A DNA stretch of 63,678 bases, the filler included, from Kipferlia bialata (Eukaryota), in assembly GCA_003568945.1 (NCBI GenBank). It is 3 parts of 3 records of this genome, joined end to end, with 100 filler letters (N's around TTAATTAATTAA, not from the genome) between each part and the next. Parts side by side here need not be neighbours in the genome. Positions count along the whole stretch, not along the records: positions 24,621 to 49,121 come from BDIP01000225.1; 2 more parts are not named here. The stretch is one strand, 5' to 3'. Positions within the stretch are counted from its first letter, which is position 1. The number at the start of each line of letters is the position of its first letter. A program made the translations under genes and the position numbers. Positions 24,521-37,439 of this stretch are shown one piece after another. Below the pieces are notes generated by a model. The model ran no database searches, had not been told where the DNA came from, and saw only the letters and a program-made list of their open reading frames with translations.

Positions 24521-24620
24521 NNNNNNNNNNNNNNNNNNNNNNNNNNNNNNNNNNNNNNNNNNNNTTAATTAATTAANNNNNNNNNNNNNNNNNNNNNNNN
24601 NNNNNNNNNNNNNNNNNNNN
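24521..24620. other. Artificial scaffold spacer (N-TTAATTAATTAA-N)
   Basis: TTAATTAATTAA at 24566-24577 inside Ns, giving stops in all six frames. Confidence 0.95.
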
Positions 24621-24785
24621 AGTACGTGTTTGGATGTGTACTATCCAGTGGGTCTGGGGCATACAGTGGGTCCCCCCCCCCCCCCCACCACTCCCTTCCT
24701 TCTTCCCCCCTTTACCTGTACCTCTTTACACCTCTAGTACCACCCCTACATATATATACACCGTGTTGCCATGCTCTCACATCAG

Positions 24786-26774
24786 TGCTCCAGCTCATCA
24801 CCTCACTGCTGCAGAGAGTGGAGTCCCCCCCAGGGGTCACTGCCATTCTCAAGGGGATCATAAGGGTCCAGCTCATTCAAAAACGCCTGGAGAATGGGCT
24901 GAGGTCTGGATATATCCACTTCAAGGACAATGAGCTAGCAGAGAAGGCACTGCTGGCACTCAGGTATACAACTAACCCACTGTATCCTGAAGTAGACACT
25001 CGAATGCTATTACACTTAAAATATGTGTCGAGTAGCCACCTATCCAAACCCAGGTATCAAGAGATTGATGGAAACCCACCTGCCTTCCCCGATCTCCACC
25101 TCATGCATCGTGTTGCAACCCAGGGCGACCGGGCCAAGGTTCTTACCAACCAGGTATCGATTGCCCAACGCACAACTACACTTAAGCAGATGTCCGAGCA
25201 TATATCTGAAACTGTCAGCAAGGAGTGGCTGTTCTTAATCATACTTCCATTGCGACCAGTTACTGGCCTCTGCATATAGTAATGTAGCATGTACATACCC
25301 ACACCCAGGCCGATGTGTACGTGTCCAACCTAGACAAGGCTGTCACCCGTCGCATGCTGTGCCAGGCACTGGAGCCCCTAGCAACAGTCGTGTCTGTCAG
25401 GTACATTGTGTGCTATATACAAGGTGTTCAGTGTATATATGGTATATGGTATTGTTTTACTCATATGAGTTGCAGTGTCTGCAAGTATTCCAATAGCTTC
25501 CCCCATCATTCGTCGTACCAACCGCTCTGTCTCCATTGATGTAAGGCTATTGCGCAATGCATCTGGTGTATCGCGCGGCATAGCCTATGTACAGTTCGAG
25601 GACAATGCTTCAGCACAAACTGTAATCTCACGTGGCAACTTCATGTGCCTTGAGGGCAAGCAGATGAAGCTGGAGGCATTTGTGCCACTTGAGGAGAGAA
25701 AGAAGGTATTCATCTATTTCCATTCTTGTACATATACCAATTTCTTTAGTTGTTGAGAACCATTTCTACCCTCAGGGCACTAGATTTGACAATGTGTTCA
25801 TACGGAACCTTCCACCTGGTACTACTTCTGAGGGTAAGACGCCGTTTAGATACTCTCTTCACTCGGTACACGTTGCATTCATATGTTGCAATGTGTATTT
25901 CCGTATTACCGGCAGTATTCAATTTGCAGACTGTCTTCCGGTGTGACTTTGTAGTTATGTATCAGTCATAGCATCCTTTAGGTGAGAGTCCTCCTATATT
26001 CACTCCAGACGTAACAGAGCTCTGCGAGAAGCACGTCGGTAAGGTCACAAGTGCATACACCAAGGAAGACACCCGCAAGGTATACAGAGAGGAAATGAAA
26101 TATTAACCACCTACTATGTTATGTTAGTCGCTCTAACTCTAATCAGTCTGAGGCCGGAGAGGACGCCACCAGGAGAATGTTTGGTGCTGCCAGGTTTCAG
26201 GATCCCGATGACGCTGAGAGAGCTCTTTCCATTCTGCCCAAGGTACATACGCAGTTGTATGTGACTCGATACTCGATGTATGTGTGTGGTTGTCGCTTCT
26301 ATCCAACGTCAGGTGTCACTTGGTGATGGAGAGGTCCTGTTCTGTTGCGAGCACAAGCGTACTCAGCAGAGAAAGAGAGAGAAGCGACAGATAAAGGCCA
26401 AACGTGAGGAGACCTACTATGGCGGGAAGCGTAACATTCGTGTGGAAGGTTTGGCTGCTGGGACCACCAAGGGACACCTACAGACGGCCTTCAGTGGTTA
26501 CGGCGCCATCATCTCTGTCTGTGTGTACCCCAAGAGGTCAGGCAAGTCGGTCGATGGGTTTGTGCTCTTTGAGACACCTGAGAGTGCCGCACAGGCCACT
26601 GAGGTGGGTGGCCTCACACTCAACTATGTAGAAGTATCAAGAATCTCTCAGAAATTGAGTTACTGAGAGCAGTTGTATTGACACCAGGATCTTGACAACA
26701 CCGTGGTCCCTGTACTGAACCCAGACGCAGCTGTGACAGTGAGGATTGTAGATAGGAAGATGAGAAAGAAGTAG
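24786..26774 (+). CDS. Four-RRM RNA-binding protein, divergent poly(A)-binding-protein-like
   Basis: RNP motifs SGYIHFK; DVYVSNLD...SRGIAYVQFE; FDNVFIRNLP...MFGAARFQ; NIRVEGLA...DGFVLFETPESA. The RRM2-4 layout resembles PABP; no PABC/MLLE tail before TAG at 26772-26774. 5' end is missing. Confidence 0.65.
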
Positions 26775-26967
26775 AAGCATAGTCACAGGAAATTAGGGGG
26801 AAGTCTGGATTTGGATTTGGACAGATTAGTGTTTCAGAAATATACTGATACCTTTGGTTTAGATAGAGATCAATGGTACAATAGTTACTATAGCTTCATG
26901 GCGTGTGCACTGCCAGACGTAGTCTATTGTACTACACACCACTCACAACCTCAGTGACTATCAGACT

Positions 26968-29770
26968 CTAGAGGTTGACATGGTGGTGCCTAGCAAGAGG
27001 GTCAAGATACCCAGGAATGAGCAACCCTAAATCTTGCTTATCAGACCCAAGAACGACTCTCAGAGAGGTGGTGGATTGGTTCTCGAATGAGTTCTTACAG
27101 AAGTCCATTAATAGACATCGCACCCTTGGGGACCAAATCACAACTGGAAGGTCTAAGTAGTGGTCGATAGTGAGCTCCTTGGCGTCGTATGACCATCTCG
27201 TCACCGGGAGAGTGGAATCACGTGTATGGAGTACGAACACACCATAACATGACACGTCTCCAAGCCCCTCCTCAGTAGGATGTCTGAATGCTACAGGCAC
27301 TACATCATCTCCTGACTCCTCCCCCTCCCTTCTGAACATGTTGCGTCCTAGTGACATCAGCCCCACACAGGCCACGTCACACACTGTAGGGTCTGCTATT
27401 GCAACGCCATCTGGCCCTAGGCTCCACCCAAGGGTGCCCCCTTCCGTGTTATATGCTAGGCGAGGCAGGTAGGCATGGTTGTACTCCTCGGAGATCTGGT
27501 CTGTGACAATCTAGTGGTTAGGAGTTCCAAGAGGTTAGGGATACAGTGTCCCGCTAGAGAAGCATCCCACTGTCATTCACAAATCTGGGATAGCACTTCC
27601 CTTGATGTCTTCCTCTGAAAACAACATGTGGCGAAACATATTCCTAGTGTGAGAAATAGCATTTCACTAGCGTTCACTCGACAATTGACTCATTTCCGAT
27701 GAAATATCATGGCCATTGACTCAATGAGAATACCTGTCTGGTGGCACAACTAAGCAAAGTCGGTATTGCCTGAGTGACGATAACATACCTTACTCCTGTG
27801 AGAAACGGTACACAGAACAGGTCCCCTTCCCAGTAGTGCTCAAGTGGCACTCTCTCTAAGGCGTCAGACTCCCATACAGGGACTTCTCTTCCTCCTACCA
27901 AGACTGCAGTGGTGTGCGTGGCCTGGATAAGGGAGTGCCCCACCAGGTCCTGCCCCAGCCATGGACTGATACTCACAGTGTCACCGGCAAGAGACACAGA
28001 AGTGTTCATGTACCTTGATGAGAAGAAGAGATTGACCTAGGACACTATACATCTGAACAAGTGGACATGGATAGAACTCTTACCTTTGTGTGTCCATGCA
28101 GGTTCCAAATAGGGAGAGACGTGTTGGAAGACAAAGTGAAACCCTGTGCGCTAATGGATCATCTCCTAATGCTGGAAGACCGACTAGTATTGCACTTTCA
28201 ACACTATGATCTCCCGGCTGGCCACACAACTCCACATTTAGGCCCCATGCTGCCTTCTGCAGCACTAGTTCCCTCGAACTCATACCAGTATACTGCTGGG
28301 TCAGGTGAAGGGCAGCTGGGTATCGGTCGAGAGCATCATCAGGCCATGTCTGTCTGGGACCCGTGTAGTGGATGGGATGCACACAGGGAAGAGTTGTCGG
28401 TCTGACAAAGAGGTTGAAGACTACAGTCTTGGCTGCACTCACCGACATGTTGGAAGTATGTGCAGTATGGGGCCACTGTTGACATATACTCTCTACAGCC
28501 CGGTGGACAGAGTCAGGAGGCACTGCTTGAAACTCTGTGTACTCTTGGTACTGTCTCAGCCATGGACCTCTTGCCAGGAAGGGTGAGGGTATGCCCTCGG
28601 ATGCTGTGGCCTGGTCGAACTGGGGGAGAAGAGTCAGGATGCCCTGCCGCTGTCTCTCAGAGTAGGAGACCATATTATCCATGTAGTTCCTGTCCTTAGA
28701 GTACATGTTCAGCAGCCTCAGTGGGGCATGTAGGATGCTGATGTCTTCCTGGAGTGTGTACAGTACTCCTAGTCGCAGTTGTGCAAGTCTGCTGCACTGC
28801 CGGTTTGACATCCTTGTCGAACCACAGTCCAGGAGCCAGTGGCAGTATCCTGTGTGAGCAGCAGTATTATAATGACTGTCACATTGTGCCTAAAAGAATA
28901 CACTTCTATCAATCGACCGCTGCTACTACCGAGTATCTCATACCTGACCGACTTTTAGGTGATGGCACCGCCTGCAAGAAGGCTGCTAGGAGCATCTGGG
29001 TCCTGTTGACGTCTCTGACAGAGGTGGCTCTCCCATATACAAAGGATTGCAAGGCCGAGTTCAATTGTGACTGGCAGCGGTCAAGGGCTCCCAAGATATT
29101 TGTATGTCCCTCTATAAGTCGTGCACTGAGACACTCAAGGTCTTTGAGGGAAGAGACACCCTTGCAGCTCTCCCTGAACAGCAGGAGTAGGGGGAGGTAT
29201 CTGATCCCAAAAGGGTCCAGTGTCCGCGACACTTGTGGAGGATGCCAGTACTCTCCAGCTGCGGTTGTAGCGGCAACCAGGCTACCAAATCCAGCGAATG
29301 CCTTGGCCACAGGGTCAGCTGTCTCTATGTCTGAGAGGTCGATAGGGCTGAGGTAGATGGGTATGGGCATCGTCTCGGTGTCTCCTGTGGATGATACCCC
29401 CCTCACCCGCTGGTCCAGCATGTACAGCATGGACCCTAGAGCCCGGGTTGTGTGGCCCATACCACCAGAGCCTGCAGTGAGTGTAATATATGTCAGAGTT
29501 GTGAGGGTATAAGCCAATATTCCCTTCCCTTCAACACGCAGGGATGAACTGTTAGACCTAGAGAACCAGAGAGACCTAATAGTTTCCCTGGTGGAACATA
29601 TAGTATACAGTGCACATGGGTTACTTACAGACCTTTGTGGAAGTAGCAGTTACCGACTCTAGCGGGAGGGCGGCGTATGGTGTCACAAAACAGCCGAAGC
29701 TGAGAAGAAGGATCCTCCAGAAGGGTGGAAGCAATGTGTATCAGCTCCTGGTATGAGAAGAGACAAGGAC
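26968..29770 (-). CDS. Large hypothetical protein with long exons
   Basis: Consecutive - strand open segments (28909-29517, 28080-28811, 27707-28009, 26968-27510) separated by short AG/GT-bounded gaps. No recognised domain. Confidence 0.45.
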
Positions 29771-30703
29771 GTTGGGGAGGGGGGGGGGGGACTGGGACAA
29801 TAGTGTGAAGGGAGGAGTGTGTAGTGTTCGTATAGGTGTCCATGTCAATCCACCTCCGGTACTGTGTAGGGAAGTGTATCCCCCTCGATGTCGTCTGGGA
29901 TGCACCGAAGGGCAGACTGCACACCACTCCTCAGTGTGTCTCTCATCCTCAGCAACGCATTAATCAAACTCTGGTCAAACTGATATGTAGCCATGTTTAG
30001 CCTTGATAAGGTGTGAGTCTGTCTCTGTTATCTGAAGGGAGAGATGGCAGCTGAACCTAATGATACCCTCAGAATTGGTTTCTTGATCGGATGGTAATTG
30101 ATGGGTCCATATGTATGATACCATGAGTCCTACCGAAAGCTACGGTTAACCTAACAGATGGGAGTGGTACACATCAGTGGACACAGCAAGATATCCCCAC
30201 GGCTACTTTACTCTCACCAGAAGTGCACTGATACTGAAGCATCAGCTATATAGTACGGTACCTATTTATGGTACAAATACTGGGTATATCAGCCTACTCA
30301 CCTACTGAGTCGCCAGATGCTTGTGGCTTCTCTTCTCCTATACTGAAGAGCGACGATTGATAGCTCGACAGAGTCTCTGAGAGAGTACAGCGAAAAACAC
30401 ACTGAAGGAATCTCTTTTCAGTGTCGATTTCAATGTCGATTTCAGAACCGTTTAAATACGTTCATGGATTCGAATCCAAGGTATTCGAATTGCCCAATCT
30501 CACAGAGCCAGCTCCGATAGGGAAGCATAAGATACCAAGGAAGGAAGTCGTTTATTGTTTGGTGTAGATCATACTAGTAGGAACAGTAAGAGAGACGAAA
30601 AGACAGCTGAGCTACTAGTTTGGACTGATCCTTAAAATGATGATCAAGTGTGTGGCCGAAGGATGATCGGCATGGGAGATGGACGACACTCCTCTCTTCG
30701 ATT

Positions 30704-31156
30704 ATGGGGGACCAGATCCGCAGGGCCACAGTCGATGACCTCCCTGCCTTGCAGGCCCTGGCCCGGCGTGTGATAGACGGGTGTTACCGGGGCTTCCTAG
30801 GGGACGAGGGGGTGGACTGGTACATTGGGAGTGGGGAGTCTGACAGGGAGGTTGCCAAGCACATCGACAGCACCGACGTCCTGGTGCGTGAGGGGACTGT
30901 TCTGGGACTGGTAGTGTGTCTGGATGACCTAGTCCACTTGCTGATGGTGGATGTGCATGCCCAGAGGTCAGGGGCCGGCACCCTCCTGCTCACCCATGCC
31001 ACCGACAAGATGTTCCAGGCAGGCAAGGGTGTCATACACGTGGAGACGTTCAAAGGCAATGATAGGGCAATTGCGTTCTATACAAAGAACAACTGGACAC
31101 AGGTTCAGAGGACAGGAGGGGAGGAAGAGAGGGTGTTCTTCGAAAAGAGGAGATAG
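30704..31156 (+). CDS. GNAT-family N-acetyltransferase, intronless
   Basis: IRRATVDDLPAL N-terminal motif, acetyl-CoA motif A LMVDVHAQRSGAGTLLL, motif B NDRAIAFYTKNNW; 150 aa from ATG 30704. Confidence 0.9.
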   Translation: MGDQIRRATVDDLPALQALARRVIDGCYRGFLGDEGVDWYIGSGESDREVAKHIDSTDVLVREGTVLGLVVCLDDLVHLLMVDVHAQRSGAGTLLLTHATDKMFQAGKGVIHVETFKGNDRAIAFYTKNNWTQVQRTGGEEERVFFEKRR

Positions 31157-32133
31157 ACGTGCTTCACTCTATATTCCTCATTATTCTGGTAGATAAGACC
31201 CACTACCCAGTAGAAGAGAAGATATGCGGTACTAGTGCTACCCTCTTGGCGTCTGACGGGACTGCGTTGGAGGGAGACTATGTCGGTCAGAGTGAGTGGT
31301 ATAATGCTGGTGTATTGTACTATTTGTAGAGAGAGAGAGAGGTGGGGGGGGCACCCAGTGGTAGATTGTTTTAACTGTTTCTGCAAGGCCTCTCTGTGTG
31401 TCTTTAAGGCCAGAGACCTGGAGAGGTACTCTATATTATTAGGCACAACTCAGGGATAAATTTAGCATATGGTGGTCCATGTTTCTCTCCTTCTCCCCCC
31501 CCCCCCTACTCCTGCCCCCCCCCACATCCGAGGTATAGAGATTCTCTCTACTTATCCTCTACCTATTCTCTCCACTATCTTACTATCCCCTTGACACATA
31601 TATACCTTCGTTCCTTTCCTCTCTGTATGTCATCCTTACAGGCAGTGCTGGCAAGTTGGCAGAGGCACTCGACATATAGCAGGTGTGCAGATGGGTGGGA
31701 GTCTTCCCTCCAAATCTAGCCCAAGTCTCATTTCTCTCTCTTCACTATTGTTGTGCCCTACATATATATATAAGCCCTTGACTCCCAGGACTGACCATGT
31801 GACCAGTCAGTGTCCGGAAGAGAAGGAGGTGAGCGAAGCACCCTCAAGATAGAGGCATTACTGAATAGAGTCTATTCAATAGACCCTTTGTTCTGTGAAG
31901 CGTGTAGGCGTTGGTGTGTCCAAAAATTGCATTCAGTGTGACCCATTCTTTAGTGTTCTTGCATATTAGATGCAAGTTGGGAACGGTGTGTAGATTTTTG
32001 GTCTCATTTAGTGTCAAGCAGACGCAACTGGTCTCTTTCCAGCATTTGTGAGTGTGTGTAAACCAGATGCTGTCATGTGTAATCAAGTCTCCCCTACACG
32101 CTTTTCAAATTTCTATATACTATCTCATAGCAG

Positions 32134-35020
32134 GTTCTCCCAATGGCGGACAGCCTCTGGTGATGCCAGTACCACAGTACACTCCCAGCCAGGTATAGTG
32201 GTACATGTACTACATGGAGAATGAGGCTTCAGACAATTGTGTAAATTTGTCGCTCCAAAAACTGGTCCAGTCAATTCGTTCTCTTCACGACCCTCTCTTG
32301 TAGATCTATCTACCCATATCCCTCACTGTGCAGGATGGCCCTGTTGGTGGAGACATGACCGATGAGCAGAAGAAGGAGAGGGTGGGTGGACGCATACTAA
32401 TGTATTTCTAGCATGTCTATGTGACTCCATCACTGTGGAGAGCCCTGTTTTCCTATCCTCTATCCTAACCGCCAGATCCTCCTGATGCAGCAGTTGCAGT
32501 GGCAGCACATGGAGATGGAGACTCTGGCCGCTAGGCAGGTACGTATCATATTTCTCTTCATTACCCCTCCTCTCTCTACACAGTCATTAGTGATTCACTA
32601 ATACCCCCACCCCCCTGCTCTCTCATCACAGCAGCCCCCCCAGGCACAGCCCCAGATGCAGCCGCAGATGCAGCCCCAGATGCAGCCTCAGATGCAGCCC
32701 CAGATGCAGCCCCAGATGAGGCCCCAGCAGACCACCACTGTAGTGAGCCAGGTACATTGATAGACACGTTGTATATACTCTCTCTCTCTCTCGCACCCAG
32801 TTTGGTATTTCTCCCATTGTCTCACACCTGTCTGTCCCTCTCACCCTCAGAATGGCACCAGGGTGGTCCCCAAGAGCCTGTGCACAGCGTATGCCTTTTG
32901 GGTACGAGCCTATCCCAATCCTCTTGTCCCTGTTGTCTTAGTCACCACAATCGGCGGCCTCCCCCCCCCCCCACCTCCGCCTGTCAGTCACCCACTCACC
33001 CCCCAGTTCATAGGCTGCCACCACTACTACCTAGGCAACTGCTGCGTGGGCTGGCTCTACAACATGACATTTGGCGGCTGTACGTGAGTCTCTCTCTCTC
33101 TCTCTCTCTCTCTGTCCCACCCCCAGGCGGTCTCTGGGCCATGATTGACCTCTGTCTCATGTCCAGCCATGTCAATGCCGCAAACTTGAGGAGGGGGTGC
33201 TACACACCAGGTGTGGATCTATCCAAATATCATAATATGTATAATGTACAACATACAATGTATACTATACACACTGGATACTAAATGTATCTATGTATGT
33301 ATCATTAGGTTGCTGCACACCAGGTGTGATATCTACACATCCATTGTATACCAGTCCTGTACATACTGCCACCCACCCCAGGCCACACCACTGTCAACAT
33401 CAGTCAGGGGGGCATGGTGGGTGCTAGCCCACTCATCCAGGTACACCCACCTAAAGTCATATATACGTCTATATCTATATCTATATGTATGTAGCGGACA
33501 CCTCACCCTCTCTCATATTCTCTTCATGTATTGGGATTCGACGTCTGATGTATTGCTTACATACCCCTCACCTTAGCCTAACCAGATGAACCCAGCCACA
33601 CCGGCAGTAGCAGCGAAGCCAGGCCCAGGTATATTACTGTATGTCTATCTATATATGGATATAGAGAACATGCCTGGAGTGCACCCTAACTCTTCATCCA
33701 GCTTCCCCCCCTGTATATCCGTACTTATATGTCCTGTCTGACCCCAGCCTCCAAGACCCCTGCTGTTGCTCTGTCCCTCATAGGTCTTGTCCTCTGCGGT
33801 CTTAACATACTGGTGCACACTCTGGAGACAGAACACGAATACGGTGAGATTATACTTTCACACAGAAGATACAACATGAATGCTAGTGCTCTAGACTTGC
33901 ATCTGGGTCCTCTCTGACCCTCAGTGGGGAACCATGTTGTGACGATGCCCTGGTTCTTCCACATAGCCTTGAACCTGGCGGAGCTTGTCGAGGAGATGTT
34001 CGATCCAGATTTCCTCATTAGGTGTGGGCTTTTCTCTTCACATATGTGCGAATGGTGTTGTATGTAGATTGGCTCTATCAGGTTTGTGTGCCCCATGTTC
34101 TGATATTGTAGATACACGCCCATCCTCTAGCATATCTTTAGCATGTTGGCATTTAGCCCTAGAACTCCCAGTTATGTCTCACCCTCAGCATCTACTACAT
34201 ATACTGTATATGTAACATATACATGTACTATATATACATGTACTATGTACCGTCTTACCCCCAGCATCTACTGGCTCATCCTCACTGTCCTCTTTGCCGT
34301 GCCCCCCACTGTCCTGAGCCTGATAGGAATGAGAAAGGTAGGCAGAACCTACCACGTTTGTGTCATGCATTCTCACAAATCGGTATCCTATTGCGTGGTG
34401 TCCCGGTAGTTCCCGGTATCTGTGTATACTCTCCTTACATATACTGCACATACTCTGTATCTACAGCGGTCGTGTATTGTCCTAGAACTGACTATAGGCC
34501 CCCTACATTACCTCTGATCCTGCCAAGCACCACTGCCGTAAGAGCCTAGCCACTCTGTGCTCTGTGATGAATTTTGCGGGTGCTGGCGCCCAGGTATAGG
34601 TGTCGGTGTGGGGCATATGGTGGCATACTATCTCTGCACTCTATCTACATGCCTGACCCCAGCTTGCTTTCGCCATCTATGAGCAGTTCAAGTACGCTGA
34701 CTACCGTGGCGGGCTAATATCCGTATATGACTACATGGTACGTAAGCAGTCAGAGTCAAGTGTGAAGCATCCTGTGATATATCAGGAACTCTAGTAACAT
34801 GTGTAAGATTGATATATATATGATTGTCTTTCTGTGAATACAATGCTTAGGAATTGGGAACGCTGTTGAGATCTTGTGCCTAGACTAGGTATCCTAGTGC
34901 ATGTTCCCACTGCTCTAACCCTAGGATGCCCTCCAGGGAGTGCTGTTCATCTCCACCTATGGCCGGTATGCATGTGCCGGGGCAGCACTGTGTCTGGCAC
35001 TGGCGGCTGGAACAGCATAG
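32134..35020 (+). CDS. TM2-domain protein with Gln/Pro repeats and further TM helices
   Basis: KSLCTAYAFW|FIGCHHYYLGNCCVGWLYNMTFGG|CGLWAMIDLCLMSSHVNAAN fits the TM2 consensus (AY.LW...G.HHFYLG...G.LY..T.G..G.G..ID). Downstream exons are hydrophobic; TAG at 35018-35020. Start is uncertain. Confidence 0.65.
32647..32720 (+). repeat. Coding 12-bp tandem repeat (CAGCCCCAGATG) encoding (QPQM)x6
   Basis: Read directly within an exon of the TM2 gene. Confidence 0.85.
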
Positions 35021-35511
35021 GGTGTAGATTCTACACTGTAGACACACAGAGAGAGAGACAGGTGTGTCTGTGTGATGAAGTAATAGAGTGTGTTTGATTA
35101 TTTAATTTCAAACATTTCTGTCCAGTCTTCTCATGTTGTTCATGTTTGGCTCTCTATTCCACTCGAATCACTAGTCTAAAGAGTACTAGTGACTATGTGG
35201 GTACTCTAGCAGCGCAGGGACTGAGTCCTCCCAAGTAGTGCGATGCATCAGAGAAGGTGTGGAGACTGTGAAAGCCAGCAATGAGAGTGTCTGCACAATA
35301 GAGCTGGCAACGCGTAGACTGCTTGAATCTGCACTTGGACAGATACGTCACTATCTCTCACACAAGGAGAGAGGGGTTACCCACAGTAGGTACATGCACA
35401 TGACCCTACTGGGCGGCAGTGCCAACTGTGTATGGGACTACTACCCTAGTGGGATTTTCCCACCCTCTACAGTATAGCAAGAGGGGCCGCTGCTGGACAT
35501 GGTGCTATGCC

Positions 35512-35982
35512 CTAGAACTCGTCTCCCGATGTCTCCTCATCCTCCCCATCCCCCTGTGTCTTCCTGGCCTCTCTCTCCTCTGCTGCCTTGACTGCACTGT
35601 CTGCCTTGGCCATGTGGTACATCGTGCTGGGGGGTAGATACACATGTATAGTATATTATATATATATATTGTATATACATCTGGTACACGGTGCTGACGG
35701 TTAGACGGGAGGGGAGAGAGAAAGTGTAGTAAATGTCAATCATGACAGTCAGTGGGAGACTGGGTGTATTTTCACTGTACGCATTGGTGGACCCACCTCT
35801 CCCCTCTCTCTGTCAGCCTGTATATCTTGCCGGCCTTGTCCTCCTAGGGTATTAGAGATAGCAAGTGATATATATGAATACATTTCCTATCAGAATTATT
35901 GGTGTGAATGAATACACACCTTAACCATCCCCTTCTTCTTGAGGGCCTTGAGCAGTGCCTTGGCAGTCCCAGTCACAAGGGC
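35512..35982 (-). CDS. 3' exons of a protein with a winged-helix-like motif
   Basis: ALVTGTAKALLKALKKKGMVK|EDKAGKIYRLTERGE|STMYHMAKADSAVKAAEE...GDEF*. L.KKG.V...Y.LTE.G is a typical wHTH wing. The rest lies in or beyond the N gap. Confidence 0.5.
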
Positions 35983-36988
35983 CTGGGAATAAGGGGGGAG
36001 AGAGGGGGGGGGGGGGGGGGGAGAGGGGGGGAGAGAGGGGANNNNNNNNNNNNNNNNNNNNNNNNNNNNNNNNNNNNNNNNNNNNNNNNNNNNNNNNNNN
36101 NNNNNNNNNNNNNNNNNNNNNNNNNNNNNNNNNNNNNNNNNNNNNNNNNNNNNNNNNNNNNNNNNNNNNNNNNNNNNNNNNNNNNNNNNNNNNNNNNNNN
36201 NNNNNNNNNNNNNNNNNNNNNNNNNNNNNNNNNNNNNNNNNNNNNNNNNNNNNNNNNNNNNNNNNNNNNNNNNNNNNNNNNNNNNNNNNNNNNNNNNNNN
36301 NNNNNNNNNNNNNNNNNNNNNNNNNNNNNNNNNNNNNNNNNNNNNNNNNNNNNNNNNNNNNNNNNNNNNNNNNNNNNNNNNNNNNNNNNNNNNNNNNNNN
36401 NNNNNNNNNNNNNNNNNNNNNNNNNNNNNNNNNNNNNNNNNNNNNNNNNNNNNNNNNNNNNNNNNNNNNNNNNNNNNNNNNNNNNNNNNNNNNNNNNNNN
36501 NNNNNNNNNNNNNNNNNNNNNNNNNNNNNNNNNNNNNNNNNNNNNNNNNNNNNNNNNNNNNNNNNNNNNNNNNNNNNNNNNNNNNNNNNNNNNNNNNNNN
36601 NNNNNNNNNNNNNNNNNNNNNNNNNNNNNNNNNNNNNNNNNNNNNNNNNNNNNNNNNNNNNNNNNNNNNNNNNNNNNNNNNNNNNNNNNNNNNNNNNNNN
36701 NNNNNNNNNNNNNNNNNNNNNNNNNNNNNNNNNNNNNNNNNNNNNNNNNNNNNNNNNNNNNNNNNNNNNNNNNNNNNNNNNNNNNNNNNNNNNNNNNNNN
36801 NNNNNNNNNNNNNGTTTCCTGTTTAAAACACCCCCCCCCCCCCCCCCCCCCCTATCCATCCTCCCACTCTATATACTAGAGTTGATACCTCTATGGTATG
36901 GTACTACCTTCCTATCAGAGCTTTTGGCCTTCGAGGGGCATTGATGTGTCCGCTATGACAGATCCCCCCCCCCATGTCTTACCTATAG

Positions 36989-37399
36989 GATAAGAGACCG
37001 AGGCATTGATGTGTCCCCCATGATGGGTGTGGTGTCAGTGCAGGAGACATCGGCAGGGGTGGTGGTACGTGTATATATATTTATATATATGGAGTGAAGG
37101 TGAGAGCGAGAGAGATTCAGCGGGTGGTTAGTGTATGCGATGTCTGGCTGTCGCCCCCTCTTCCCCCCTCTCCCGCACTTTCCCCCTCACCCCAGTCTCT
37201 CTTTAGAGGTGGTGCTGTCCGTACAGCCCAGGCACAGACAGAGACCCTGTGCGACATTGGGGCAAAGTACGAATATGTACTCAATATGGAGACTATATAG
37301 AGTAATCAATATAACTATATATGCATGTGGGGACCCTCTGCAATAGTCTCTCTCTCTGATATTAGCCAGACTGCCATCGCTGTCCCCTCCCACCAGTAG

Positions 37400-37439
<40 letters not shown>

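Noticed and set aside
24566..24577. TTAATTAATTAA palindrome (also 49166-49177)
   Set aside because: Embedded in Ns and identical in both places; an artificial six-frame stop spacer.
30464..30477. TGGATTCGAATCCA, tRNA T-arm-like
   Set aside because: A short palindrome with no cloverleaf or acceptor stem evident.
35908..36944. ORFs over 300 aa (also 56804-57683)
   Set aside because: Artifacts of reading through N gaps.
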